Origin: a virus
Direction: 5' to 3' (one strand)
DNA length: 33,303 nucleotides
IMG/VR virus record: IMGVR_UViG_3300029849_000019
Location: 1-33,303 of that record
Part shown: positions 22,687-30,864 of the stretch, in pieces
How positions within the stretch are numbered: position 1 is the stretch's first letter
Layout of the letters: the number at the start of each line of letters is the position of its first letter
Made by a program: the position numbers and the translations under genes
Notes under the pieces: model-generated
The model's input: only the letters and a program-made list of their open reading frames with translations
What the model was told of the DNA's origin: nothing
Database searches by the model: none

Positions 22687-22800
22687 TTACTCGTCGTACT
22701 CCCCATCTATATTACGGGCTGCAAATTTAGCCACAAACCACAAACCAGTTACCAAACCGGCACCTATTGCTATTCCGAATAAACACATTAATGCTTCCAT
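22687..22800 (-). CDS. Small single-pass membrane peptide (37 aa)
   Basis: Hand translation gives MEALMCLFGIAIGAGLVTGLWFVAKFAARNIDGEYDE. It fills an otherwise empty gap between genes. Confidence 0.3.
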   Translation of the reverse strand: MEALMCLFGIAIGAGLVTGLWFVAKFAARNIDGEYDE

Positions 22801-22805
22801 ATATT

Positions 22806-23240
22806 TTAAATTTTTGATGATACATTTTCCAAACCGTCTCCCATGCTTACAAGCTTCATACCGCCGTGCTTACCACGGATATAAGCGGCTTGCACATTGC
22901 CGTTCTCGTCCGTCGAGAATTGGATACCTCGCACGCCCTCGTGCTCCTTGATAAGCTCGCCTATCGTTCTGGGCCTCGGGTCTACCGGCTCGGGCATCCC
23001 CAACGGCTCCTCCAGCGGCTCCTCCAACGTCCCGGCGTTTCGGTATTCGTACGATGTGAACTCATCCTCCGATACGCCTATATCGTTAGCGCCCCAGCTC
23101 TGCCAGCCGTCCGCATGGTCAACTCCCATTATCACGCCGTGCATATCGTTCCAGCCGACTACCACACCGGCATACTCACCGTTCTTGTTAAATACTGCAC
23201 GCCCTGCATACAGCAATGCAAAATCTTTGTTTCTAATCAT
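22806..23240 (-). CDS. Hypothetical protein (144 aa), paralogous N-domain with 23247..23513
   Basis: Shared pattern YxGR..GE...VVG[WY]....[IV]xVDxxxxDGW. It contains an internal LEEPLEEPL repeat. Confidence 0.55.
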   Translation of the reverse strand: MIRNKDFALLYAGRAVFNKNGEYAGVVVGWNDMHGVIMGVDHADGWQSWGANDIGVSEDEFTSYEYRNAGTLEEPLEEPLGMPEPVDPRPRTIGELIKEHEGVRGIQFSTDENGNVQAAYIRGKHGGMKLVSMGDGLENVSSKI

Positions 23241-23246
23241 AATCTT

Positions 23247-23529
23247 CTAATCTATTAAATTGTCGGTATATACGTAATAATACTTTTCACAATTTTTAAA
23301 TACCACGTCGAAAGGCATCAGTTCTGACGCTGGCCAGCCATCGGTTTGCGATGCATCTACTATCAGCAAGGGTTCGTCAGCCAGGTCATTGTGGCTATAG
23401 CCTACTACCTCCAATTGCTCACCTTCATAGTTAGCAAATCGCCCTATGTACTTTTCCAACGGGTGGACTTCTCTCTCTCTGATTAAACTGCGAGTACATC
23501 TCACTAACTGCACTTAAATACTTTTCCAT
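23247..23529 (-). CDS. Hypothetical protein whose canonical ATG (23529) is out of frame with the long ORF (23247..23513, GTG start). An (AG)5 tract lies between them.
   Basis: The P7 promoter, leader and ATG give a 32-codon frame. The long ORF is in the +1 frame. The CAGAGAGAGAGAA tract (23470-23480 on plus) could bridge the two by a 2-nt slip. Confidence 0.45.
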
Positions 23530-23555
23530 AATCTTCTGTTTTTAAATCGTTGATA

Positions 23556-23597
23556 CAAATATAACGCTTTTCCCATTATGTTGGTTCTTTCGTTAAC
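23556..23597 (-). promoter_or_regulatory. Early promoter family copy P7
   Basis: Minus strand reads GTTAACGAAAGAACCAAC-N16-TATATTTG, followed by CGATTTAAAAACAGAAGATTATG. Confidence 0.65.
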
Positions 23598-23659
23598 ACT
23601 ATTTAAGTATTAAACTATCTTTCAGCGATAGCCCGTACTCTAATTGCTGTAGCTTGAAA

Positions 23660-23746
23660 TTACGTTGTATGCTGTCCGCTGCGTTCTGTACTACGGTGCA
23701 GCCTCAATAGGAGTAGGACTGCGATAACTGTTATTAGCTTTTTCAT
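23660..23746 (-). CDS. Possible small hydrophobic peptide (28 aa)
   Basis: Its ATG overlaps the SNF2 stop (ATGA). Sequence is MKKLITVIAVLLLLRLHRSTERSGQHTT. It is very short and therefore speculative. Confidence 0.25.
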   Translation of the reverse strand: MKKLITVIAVLLLLRLHRSTERSGQHTT

Positions 23747-25131
23747 TTCTTACTGTAGAATTCCATAAGTTCTTTAATACTCTGCATAAGCCCGTCTTGC
23801 GTCTGTTTCTTGCCTTCTAGGGCTTTTATTATCTTCTCGTCTACCGTTCCCGTGGTTAAGATGTGATGAACGGTTACGGGGTACGTTTGCCCCTGACGAT
23901 ACAACCGGGCGTTGAACTGCATATATAACTCCAGGCTCCAGGTGTTACCGAACCATATAAGCGTATGCCCACCTTTTTGTAGGTTAAGCCCGTGTCCTGT
24001 GCTTGCCGGGTGCGTTACCAGCACTTTAATCTTTCCGGCATTCCACTCGGCTATCTGCTCGGGCTTCTCCAATTTTACGGGCTTGTACGCCTTTAGCTTC
24101 TGCATTATACGGTCGAGGTCGTGCTTGTATGAGTAGGCAACCAATACGGGCGAACCGTTCGCGGCCTCTACGAGTTCCTCAAGCTTCTCTAACTTCTCGT
24201 CGTGCAGTTCGATAACCTTTCGGTCGGCATCGTATATTGCACCGTTTGCGAATTGCTGTAGCTTATTAGAAAGAGCTGCCGCACTGGCTGCGCTTATAGG
24301 CTCGTCCGAGTTGATAAGCTCCAATACTTGTTCCTTCTCGAACTCCTTATATTGTGCCAGCACTTTCGGGGATAGCTCTACGCGGTCGTATATGTTAATG
24401 CGGTCGGGCATCTTCAAATAGTCCTCGGCGGTCATTGATATGGTTATGTCGCTAATAAGGTCGCTTATTTGCTTCTCTGTTTCCTCCTGTGGGCTTTTCA
24501 GTGCATAACTGAACACTATATCGCCGTTTCGTTTATCGGGCTTAAAAAACCTATCTCTGTATGCTGTGATTGATTTGCCAAGACGTTCACCCTGGTCTAT
24601 CAAATACATTTGGGCGAATAGGTCTATTAGTCCGTTTGGCGATGGTGTACCCGTCAAGCCTACTACCCGGGGAATAAACTTTCGCACCTTTCTAAGGGCT
24701 TTAAAACGCTTTGAGGCGTAGTTCTTAAAACTGCTCAGCTCATCGATAACAACCATGTCATAGGGAAGTTTAATACCTCCGTACTCCATTACAAGCCAAA
24801 CAATGTTATCACGGCTAATTGCGTATATGTCTGCTTGCCTCTCGTAGGCTTCCCGGCGTTGTTTAACCGTACCGTCGATAACTGAAATCGTCAAGTCCTT
24901 AAGGTGTGCCCATGACTTAATCTCATCGCTCCATGTAACCTGTGTTACTTTCTTTGGGGCAATTACCAAGCAATTAGATATGATGCAATTATCCAAAAGG
25001 TCTTTGATGGCGGTTAGTGTTGTTACTGTTTTGCCCAAACCCATATCAAGGAACAACGCGCAAAACTCGTTGTCTATGATGTGCTGCACTCCCTTTACTT
25101 GGTATTCATGTAATTGCTTTCTTTCTAACAT
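23743..25131 (-). CDS. SNF2-family helicase / DNA-dependent ATPase
   Basis: Motif I LDMGLGKT, motif II VIDELS, and a C-terminal helicase domain (LNLQKGGHTLIWF, RLYRQGQ). Confidence 0.85.
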   Translation of the reverse strand: MLERKQLHEYQVKGVQHIIDNEFCALFLDMGLGKTVTTLTAIKDLLDNCIISNCLVIAPKKVTQVTWSDEIKSWAHLKDLTISVIDGTVKQRREAYERQADIYAISRDNIVWLVMEYGGIKLPYDMVVIDELSSFKNYASKRFKALRKVRKFIPRVVGLTGTPSPNGLIDLFAQMYLIDQGERLGKSITAYRDRFFKPDKRNGDIVFSYALKSPQEETEKQISDLISDITISMTAEDYLKMPDRINIYDRVELSPKVLAQYKEFEKEQVLELINSDEPISAASAAALSNKLQQFANGAIYDADRKVIELHDEKLEKLEELVEAANGSPVLVAYSYKHDLDRIMQKLKAYKPVKLEKPEQIAEWNAGKIKVLVTHPASTGHGLNLQKGGHTLIWFGNTWSLELYMQFNARLYRQGQTYPVTVHHILTTGTVDEKIIKALEGKKQTQDGLMQSIKELMEFYSKK

Positions 25132-25301
25132 AACATTGCTTTTATCATTGATAACTGGGCACTGAACTCATGGAGGGCTGCCGGGGTTATGCACCCTAAT
25201 ACTCTGTCGTAATCGGCGGCGCACTTAATGCGCTGACCGTTCATTACTATTTCGGTGTGTCCTGCGGTACACTTTAACTTTAAATCTATATAGTTTACCA
25301 T
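25125..25301 (-). CDS. Small hypothetical protein (58 aa)
   Basis: Hand-translated ORF MVNYIDLKLKCTAGH.... Its stop overlaps the SNF2 start, and it falls just under the track length cutoff. Confidence 0.4.
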   Translation of the reverse strand: MVNYIDLKLKCTAGHTEIVMNGQRIKCAADYDRVLGCITPAALHEFSAQLSMIKAMLC

Positions 25302-25308
25302 AGCTTTA

Positions 25309-25551
25309 TTACTTCATTAATTTTGTTTTATAGAATACGCAAATGCTTTTGAAGTCCTGCTCATCCGATATGTATCCCAGTGTTTTACGCGAAAGGAAAT
25401 TAACGTCTCGGGTAATATCGCGTTGCAAATGGTTTAGAATTTCCTCGGTGTTACCGAACTTATTATCACGGACATACAGCGCGCCCGACTTGATACCAAA
25501 GTACATACCCAAACGGTATTCAATTTCTTCTTTTAAACTTCTCTTCTTCAT
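25309..25551 (-). CDS. Hypothetical protein (80 aa)
   Basis: ORF with an ATG and an A-rich leader. Confidence 0.55.
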   Translation of the reverse strand: MKKRSLKEEIEYRLGMYFGIKSGALYVRDNKFGNTEEILNHLQRDITRDVNFLSRKTLGYISDEQDFKSICVFYKTKLMK

Positions 25552-25561
25552 GATTTCTATT

Positions 25562-25950
25562 TTAAAATTGTCCTTTATAAATAAATAATTTCTCGGTAGT
25601 TTTTCTTTTATCGGAGCTCATGTTATTTTGTAATGGCTTCTCCCAAATTTTTACAAAGTCTTCCGGAGCTTGGTATTCGGAGATGTAGACCTTGCCCGGA
25701 AGCAGCTCTTAACGTCGTTGTACAGTTCGGGGTCTATTTGCTCGGGGTATTTCTTCCCGGACGCTAAGCCCTCAAACATAGCTATCAGATACTCGTTGCT
25801 ATCGTTTGCTATCCTGTTTCCTAATACTTGGGCGGTCACGTTACACCCACCGCAAAATGGTTCTACAAAATATTGCCCTTCTTTTCTGTCTGCCAAAATT
25901 ATAGGCAAAATTTCTTTTGCTATTCTTGTCTTGCTCCCTAAATAAATCAT
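25562..25950 (-). pseudogene. Decayed Dam-like (D12 class) N6-adenine DNA methyltransferase: the N-terminal ~80 aa and C-terminal ~50 aa sit in different frames and the catalytic middle is missing
   Basis: The N-terminus IYLGSKTRIAKEILPII...YFVEPFCGGCNV is the AdoMet motif I. After YNDVK the frame runs into junk and stops. The +1 frame reads ELLPGKVYISEYQAPEDFVKIWEKP...EKLFIYK, a typical Dam C-terminus. No DPPY motif appears in any frame. Confidence 0.6.
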
Positions 25951-25977
25951 ACTTAATTATGTTTTTTTAATTTGATA

Positions 25978-26316
25978 TTACAAAGATAACCCTCTTCCCG
26001 GTACGTTGTTTATTTCCTTAACATTGTTTAAGAAGAAACTTATTGCGGCGTCCCTGCTTTCCAAATCGTCGATGACAAATACTTTGAAGCCCAAAGCCTC
26101 TAACTTGCTATGTATTAGTAATTGTATCTTGGTTGGTTTCTTACCCGTGGTCTTTATCTCGGCAAAGCCTACATACCCACCCTGGCAAAGTATCATTCTA
26201 TCTGGCAAGCCTTTTATAAAGGTGGATAATAGTTTTATTACCCACACTTTTTTTGTTCGGTTAAGCTTCTCGGAGAATGTACGCTCTAAATATTTTTCAC
26301 TTATTATATCCTCCAT
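25978..26316 (-). CDS. VRR-NUC domain nuclease
   Basis: GLPDRMIL...GFAEIKTTGKKPTKIQ matches the PD...ExK...Q core of VRR-NUC. Its neighbourhood with SNF2 is the usual one. Confidence 0.75.
   Translation of the reverse strand: MEDIISEKYLERTFSEKLNRTKKVWVIKLLSTFIKGLPDRMILCQGGYVGFAEIKTTGKKPTKIQLLIHSKLEALGFKVFVIDDLESRDAAISFFLNNVKEINNVPGRGLSL
25981..26012 (-). promoter_or_regulatory. Promoter upstream of the methyltransferase remnant
   Basis: Minus strand reads GGGTTATCTTTGTAAT (TAnnTTTG), 30 nt upstream of ATG 25950. Confidence 0.45.
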
Positions 26317-26482
26317 TTCTCAATTTGTTTTCAAATACCACCGTCCCGGTAAATTCCCCGGCATCGTGGTCTACTGTAGTTGTATAGATGTGCCCATTAT
26401 AATAGCCCCTATACTTTAAAACCTCTCCGTTATGTACTATCTCGTCTCCGATACCGTACGCGTATTCTTGGTTGCTTATCAT
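26297..26482 (-). CDS. Hypothetical protein (61 aa)
   Basis: ORF overlapping both neighbours by a few codons. Confidence 0.45.
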   Translation of the reverse strand: MISNQEYAYGIGDEIVHNGEVLKYRGYYNGHIYTTTVDHDAGEFTGTVVFENKLRNGGYNK

Positions 26483-27225
26483 AATGTGAATTGAATTGCT
26501 TTGTTTTCTAACTTAACATTGCTTAAGAACTCGGGGTACGTCCCATCCGCACGCTTTGCCGACATGTTACGATAGGAAAACTTGTTCCCTTCCATACCGA
26601 AGTAACGGAGCAACCTACCCGCAAACGTTATTATATAATCGTGCTTCTCGTAGTTCTTGCCTTCGTACCCTATCTTTAGCGAGCTTCTGTGATTGTCTGA
26701 AGATATACCACCCCCTAGCCTTATCACATTGGGCGGTAGGTGCATTTCGTGTACGCGGCCCCAAAGCTTTTGCCCCAAAAGGCCTGCATACAAGTGGTTT
26801 CCATATGCGTCTACACCCAAATACATATAGGGTACGCTACCAACCATAAACACCGAGTAACCGACATACTTACCGTTCCACTTCCTGCCCTCTGTATAGA
26901 ACATTGGTGGCTTCATTGTCTCGTCCATGCAAAATACCGTCGTATCGTCGCTTTCCTCGTCCTCTACGGGCTTTTCTGCCTCGGCTGGTGCAGCTACCTT
27001 GGTTTCCTTAGAAAGCTCCGCAATGCGATATTTGCATATGTGGATAATCTTTTCGTAGTCAAGCGTCCGCGCCTCTTCTTCTTTGGTGCGGAGAACACGT
27101 TTCACTATATCGGCGTCCCAGGGGTTAAGGTTATATTCTTTCCAAATATCCCATGGTTGTATGGCGTGCTTTGCATAATCAGACTTTCCCACATTGTAAC
27201 TCTGTACGTTTTCATTTGCTGACAT
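26479..27225 (-). CDS. Two-domain hypothetical protein with a DUF3310-like N-terminal domain
   Basis: DYAKHAIQPWDIWKEYNLNPWDADIVKRVLRTK resembles the DUF3310 core (..KYl.R..K). An acidic linker and an unknown 150-aa C-domain follow. Confidence 0.5.
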   Translation of the reverse strand: MSANENVQSYNVGKSDYAKHAIQPWDIWKEYNLNPWDADIVKRVLRTKEEEARTLDYEKIIHICKYRIAELSKETKVAAPAEAEKPVEDEESDDTTVFCMDETMKPPMFYTEGRKWNGKYVGYSVFMVGSVPYMYLGVDAYGNHLYAGLLGQKLWGRVHEMHLPPNVIRLGGGISSDNHRSSLKIGYEGKNYEKHDYIITFAGRLLRYFGMEGNKFSYRNMSAKRADGTYPEFLSNVKLENKAIQFTL

Positions 27226-27373
27226 AACACAATATTATTTTATTTGTTTTGAACTCACTTTTATAAAACTCCCGTGCCATCTCCACGGTTGGAAACACCC
27301 CATCTCCGGGGGTAGGATAATAAGAGGTACGCTCCCCCTCGTTTACTGCGATAACTTTTAAGATAGTAACCAT
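27212..27373 (-). CDS. Small hypothetical protein (53 aa)
   Basis: Hand-translated ORF MVTILKVIAVNEGERTSYY.... It fills the gap exactly and overlaps the next start. Confidence 0.4.
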   Translation of the reverse strand: MVTILKVIAVNEGERTSYYPTPGDGVFPTVEMAREFYKSEFKTNKIILCYVSK

Positions 27374-27374
27374 T

Positions 27375-27578
27375 TTAATTGTTTTCTACGCTAATGAACT
27401 CCGTTAAATCCTTCATGCTCTTTTCTGTAAGTTGGCGCGTGTAGGTCTGTCCCAGCATACCAATAAACGGTTTGCCTTCCACGTGCATAATGCGCGATAC
27501 ATGTTCAACGTTGATAAACTCCACTTGTAATTCACCTTTAACTATGAATTCCAGTCTGATAAAATTTCCACTTTTCAT
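27375..27578 (-). CDS. Hypothetical protein (67 aa)
   Basis: ORF with an ATG and the leader CAATTTTAAAAAGAAAAGATTATG. Confidence 0.5.
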   Translation of the reverse strand: MKSGNFIRLEFIVKGELQVEFINVEHVSRIMHVEGKPFIGMLGQTYTRQLTEKSMKDLTEFISVENN

Positions 27579-27627
27579 AATCTTTTCTTTTTAAAATTGT
27601 ATATACTATAATAACAAAAACACTTCT

Positions 27628-28038
27628 TTAATTCTCCAATGCTTCAGCCATTTTCCTAAGCTCTCCGCGGCTTACGGCTATGCTGAAAGCCTCCGTTAAC
27701 TTCTCCGTGATTATCCAGGAGCCAGTAAGCTTTTGGAAATACGCCTCATTGTTGCTCGGGTTGTTTAGGTTGACCGTCTCACCCTTACCGGGCTTGTATT
27801 CTGCAAGGCTTGCAAGCGTTACCGCAGCTTCCTCGGGTGCGCCCAGATGGACTTTCATTATATACCTTTCGGTCTCACGCGTTATCGCCTCAATGGTTAT
27901 TTCCCCATTGGTATCAACCAATTTGCAAACGCCCATACGGAACGATTTCAGTACATCGGGCTTACCTTGACTTGTAATCTGCGAAAACATTGATGCACTC
28001 GTAAGAATTAACACTGCTAATACTACTAACTTTTTCAT
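27628..28038 (-). CDS. Secreted / periplasmic hypothetical protein with an N-terminal signal peptide
   Basis: MKKLVVLAVLILTSASMFSQ is a typical Sec signal peptide with no lipobox Cys. Confidence 0.6.
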   Translation of the reverse strand: MKKLVVLAVLILTSASMFSQITSQGKPDVLKSFRMGVCKLVDTNGEITIEAITRETERYIMKVHLGAPEEAAVTLASLAEYKPGKGETVNLNNPSNNEAYFQKLTGSWIITEKLTEAFSIAVSRGELRKMAEALEN

Positions 28039-28117
28039 AACTTTTTGTTTTTAAATTGTTGTACGATATAAACAACGGAAGCTTTTGGAAGGTTCACCGT
28101 TATTGCCTTATTAACTT

Positions 28118-28258
28118 TTATTTGTTTATCTCTGTAATCCATTGAATGCCCAACCAGTCGTTAAGGTCTGTACTCTTTTGCAATCTTGCATTTTCTTTTT
28201 TAATCTCGTTGGCTTCTTGCTTTGAAATCTGCTTTCCGTTTACATAATACTTAGTCAT
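28118..28258 (-). CDS. Small hypothetical protein (46 aa)
   Basis: Canonical P6 promoter, leader and ATG. Sequence is MTKYYVNGKQISKQEANEIKKENARLQKSTDLNDWLGIQWITEINK. Confidence 0.45.
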   Translation of the reverse strand: MTKYYVNGKQISKQEANEIKKENARLQKSTDLNDWLGIQWITEINK

Positions 28259-28300
28259 AATCTTTTGTTTTTAAATTGTTATTATTTCCTTTTGACATTA

Positions 28301-28342
28301 CAAATATACGGCAAATACTGATAGGTTGTATATTTCATTAAC
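28301..28342 (-). promoter_or_regulatory. Early promoter family copy P6
   Basis: Minus strand reads GTTAATGAAATATACAAC-N16-TATATTTGTAATGTCAAAAGGAAA, near-identical to P5. Confidence 0.65.
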
Positions 28343-28422
28343 ACCATTTAAGAAATAAATCTCATTTAGTTATTCTGTTAACAGTTAGTTAACATTTGGG
28401 GGCCTTTACACCCCCTCTGTTA

Positions 28423-30861
28423 TCACTCGTTAACAATACGTTCATATCCTCGTACGCGTCCGAGGCCCATAACGGTTTTACCGTTCGCCGCTCGCTGCCA
28501 CCCTTGTACTTTAGACATGATAGCGGCTATCTCTCTGCTCTCTTTAGCGGTTACGCGCCCTACTTCCATCTCGAACACGTCCGTGGCTATTTGCATAACC
28601 GAAACGAAGTCCATTTTTTCCAGTGTAAAATCTTCCGGGTCTATCTTCGACGCGTCGTACTCCCTAAAGTACATGCGCCTTTCATTCACATACATACGTC
28701 TCCAATCTGCCGGCACAAGCATATTCAAATACGCTTCTACTGATGCCGTACGGGGGTCTGCCTCGAAATGCTCTTCTCGTCCTTTCTCGGCGATTTCCTC
28801 GGCTTCACGGGATAACAAAGTACTCACTTTTCGGAAATACATTTGTACGGCTTCCGCCCATAACTGGTCTACGTAATCGTCGAAGTCCTTCTCAAAGATA
28901 AGATGCGTATTGGCGTTCGCCTTAACCTTCACGGGCAAAAAGCGTCTGCCGCCCGTATCGTCCTTTAGAAATTCGTCCCGGTTAGTCGTACCTATAAAGA
29001 TACATTGCCTGGGGAAGTTCTTAGTAACACGCCCGTATGCTGGTCTAAAGCTGTCCTCGGTTTTAGAAATGAAGTTTTTCACGCCCTCAACCTCTGAACG
29101 TCTCATTGCTGACAACTCGGCTACCTCCAATATCCAATTACCTTGCAATTGTTCAAACGCGCTTTTCCCGTCCATACTCGAAAGACTATCCGAAAACCAA
29201 TGTTTGCCAAGCATCCGAATAAATGTGCTCTTTCCCGCGCCCTGCTCGGACTGTAACACTAACATACTGTCGAACTTGCAGCCCTTTTGAAAGATACGCT
29301 TAACCGCTCCTACCATCATAATTCGGAATGCCTCGCGGGTGTATACGTTATCTTCGGCACCCATGATGTGTATTAAGGTCTTATCTACACGTTCGATACC
29401 GTCCCATTTAAGTTTAGTTAAATACTCCTGCACTGGGTGGAAAGAATTCATTTCTGCGGACAAGGCTATAGCATCGTCAATCTTCGCACTGTTGGATATG
29501 CCGTAAACGTCCTCGATGTGCTTACGTACGCCCGAATAATCTACGTCCTGAAAGTCCAAAGAACTATCCTTTGCGCGCCAAAGAGGTACACGGGTAACAA
29601 CCCGGCGTTCTTTAAATAGGTCTCGCGCGATAAGCCCCTTTAGGTTCGGGTCGTACTTCATTATCAACCCTAAATTCTTTGCAGATGGGAGGTAAGCGCC
29701 GCGCTTATCGGTTTCCAACTTCGCCATTGCGTCCTCATACGTTGTTGCTACATCGCTGTCTGTTGCCTCCTCTACTTCTATAACGTCGTCGAAATCGTCC
29801 ATGATTTCACCAGCCTTAACCGCAAGCATCCGGGCACGCGCCGCAGCTACCTTTGCATCCTTGTTTACAAGTTCGTTCATGGCTTCGGTCGAGTTCTTCC
29901 TATCGGTGCCCTTATCCAGCTTACCGAACTTGTGTACACGTACAAGGTCGTAGGCGTTGAACACGTGGTTGCCTTGTATCGGGTCATTGTTATGGAACGA
30001 GTAGGCGAACATATCATTAAAGGTAAGCATACCGCCCGATGTGGAACCGCCCGTGTAAGTCCATCGGTCCTCCTGGTCGGTCGGTTCGTACACGTCCGAT
30101 AGGTATTCCGAGATAGCCTCGCTAATCGTGTAGGCCCTGCAAAAGTCGCCTACATTACCCTCTTTTAGTGTGGGGTCTTGTTGTTCTTTAGCAAGCGTCC
30201 GGGCTTCGCCCTTCTCGTCCTTGTGGTATGCCCATTCGGTTGTATCACTCCAATCGTCGTACATGCCCAGATACTTTTGCACATCCAAAGGGCTTTCGTT
30301 AAACGCCGAGTAATCTATAAACTCGTAGTCCACATCCCGGGAAACAGAGGGAAAAAACATGCAGCGCTCGGGTTGAAAGGTGGTGCGGTCGTACAAGTCT
30401 ATTCCTGTTAATTCTGCAACCTTTCGGGCGATGGCTTCGTATTGTTCCCCGTCCACTGGTTCGGACAACGGAATGATAACACGGTAGCGAAATGTATTTG
30501 CCTTCGGGTTATGCTTGTGCGTCCCATGAATGATACACGCGCAATTGATAACCGAGTAGAACGCTTCCGGGAAGTTCTTTTCTCCGTAGTCAATATCAAG
30601 CGCCAAAATAGAGCGCTCACCGACATTGTTTTTGTTTCTACGGCTACCGAACAACTCGCCGCCCATGAAGGCGCCTACGTCTTTAATATTACCCTGCTCG
30701 GCTTTGCTCGCGCTTATAAACTCCCGGTACGTCTCATCCGTAACGGTTGCCTTTGTCAACTTCTCGGTTAACTCGTCCCATGAGTAGGAGCGGTTTTTCC
30801 ATGAAGTAGACTTTGCGCTGCTCGCTGTAGCAATTTTAAAAACCATTTTTCTCAATTCCAT
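28423..30861 (-). CDS. DNA primase-helicase: VirE_N/BT4734-like prim-pol domain plus a VirE/D5-type P-loop NTPase
   Basis: ILALDIDYG, HGTHKH and RYRVIIPL in the N-domain, and Walker A SEQGAGKSTF in the C-terminal half. Length is 812 aa. Confidence 0.85.
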   Translation of the reverse strand: MELRKMVFKIATASSAKSTSWKNRSYSWDELTEKLTKATVTDETYREFISASKAEQGNIKDVGAFMGGELFGSRRNKNNVGERSILALDIDYGEKNFPEAFYSVINCACIIHGTHKHNPKANTFRYRVIIPLSEPVDGEQYEAIARKVAELTGIDLYDRTTFQPERCMFFPSVSRDVDYEFIDYSAFNESPLDVQKYLGMYDDWSDTTEWAYHKDEKGEARTLAKEQQDPTLKEGNVGDFCRAYTISEAISEYLSDVYEPTDQEDRWTYTGGSTSGGMLTFNDMFAYSFHNNDPIQGNHVFNAYDLVRVHKFGKLDKGTDRKNSTEAMNELVNKDAKVAAARARMLAVKAGEIMDDFDDVIEVEEATDSDVATTYEDAMAKLETDKRGAYLPSAKNLGLIMKYDPNLKGLIARDLFKERRVVTRVPLWRAKDSSLDFQDVDYSGVRKHIEDVYGISNSAKIDDAIALSAEMNSFHPVQEYLTKLKWDGIERVDKTLIHIMGAEDNVYTREAFRIMMVGAVKRIFQKGCKFDSMLVLQSEQGAGKSTFIRMLGKHWFSDSLSSMDGKSAFEQLQGNWILEVAELSAMRRSEVEGVKNFISKTEDSFRPAYGRVTKNFPRQCIFIGTTNRDEFLKDDTGGRRFLPVKVKANANTHLIFEKDFDDYVDQLWAEAVQMYFRKVSTLLSREAEEIAEKGREEHFEADPRTASVEAYLNMLVPADWRRMYVNERRMYFREYDASKIDPEDFTLEKMDFVSVMQIATDVFEMEVGRVTAKESREIAAIMSKVQGWQRAANGKTVMGLGRVRGYERIVNE

Positions 30862-30864
30862 AAT

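Noticed and set aside
28395-28412. GGGGG-N8-CCCCC hairpin after the primase gene, considered as a terminator
   Set aside because: The stem is short and no U-tract follows on the transcribed strand. The P6 promoter lies just downstream, so termination here remains unsupported.
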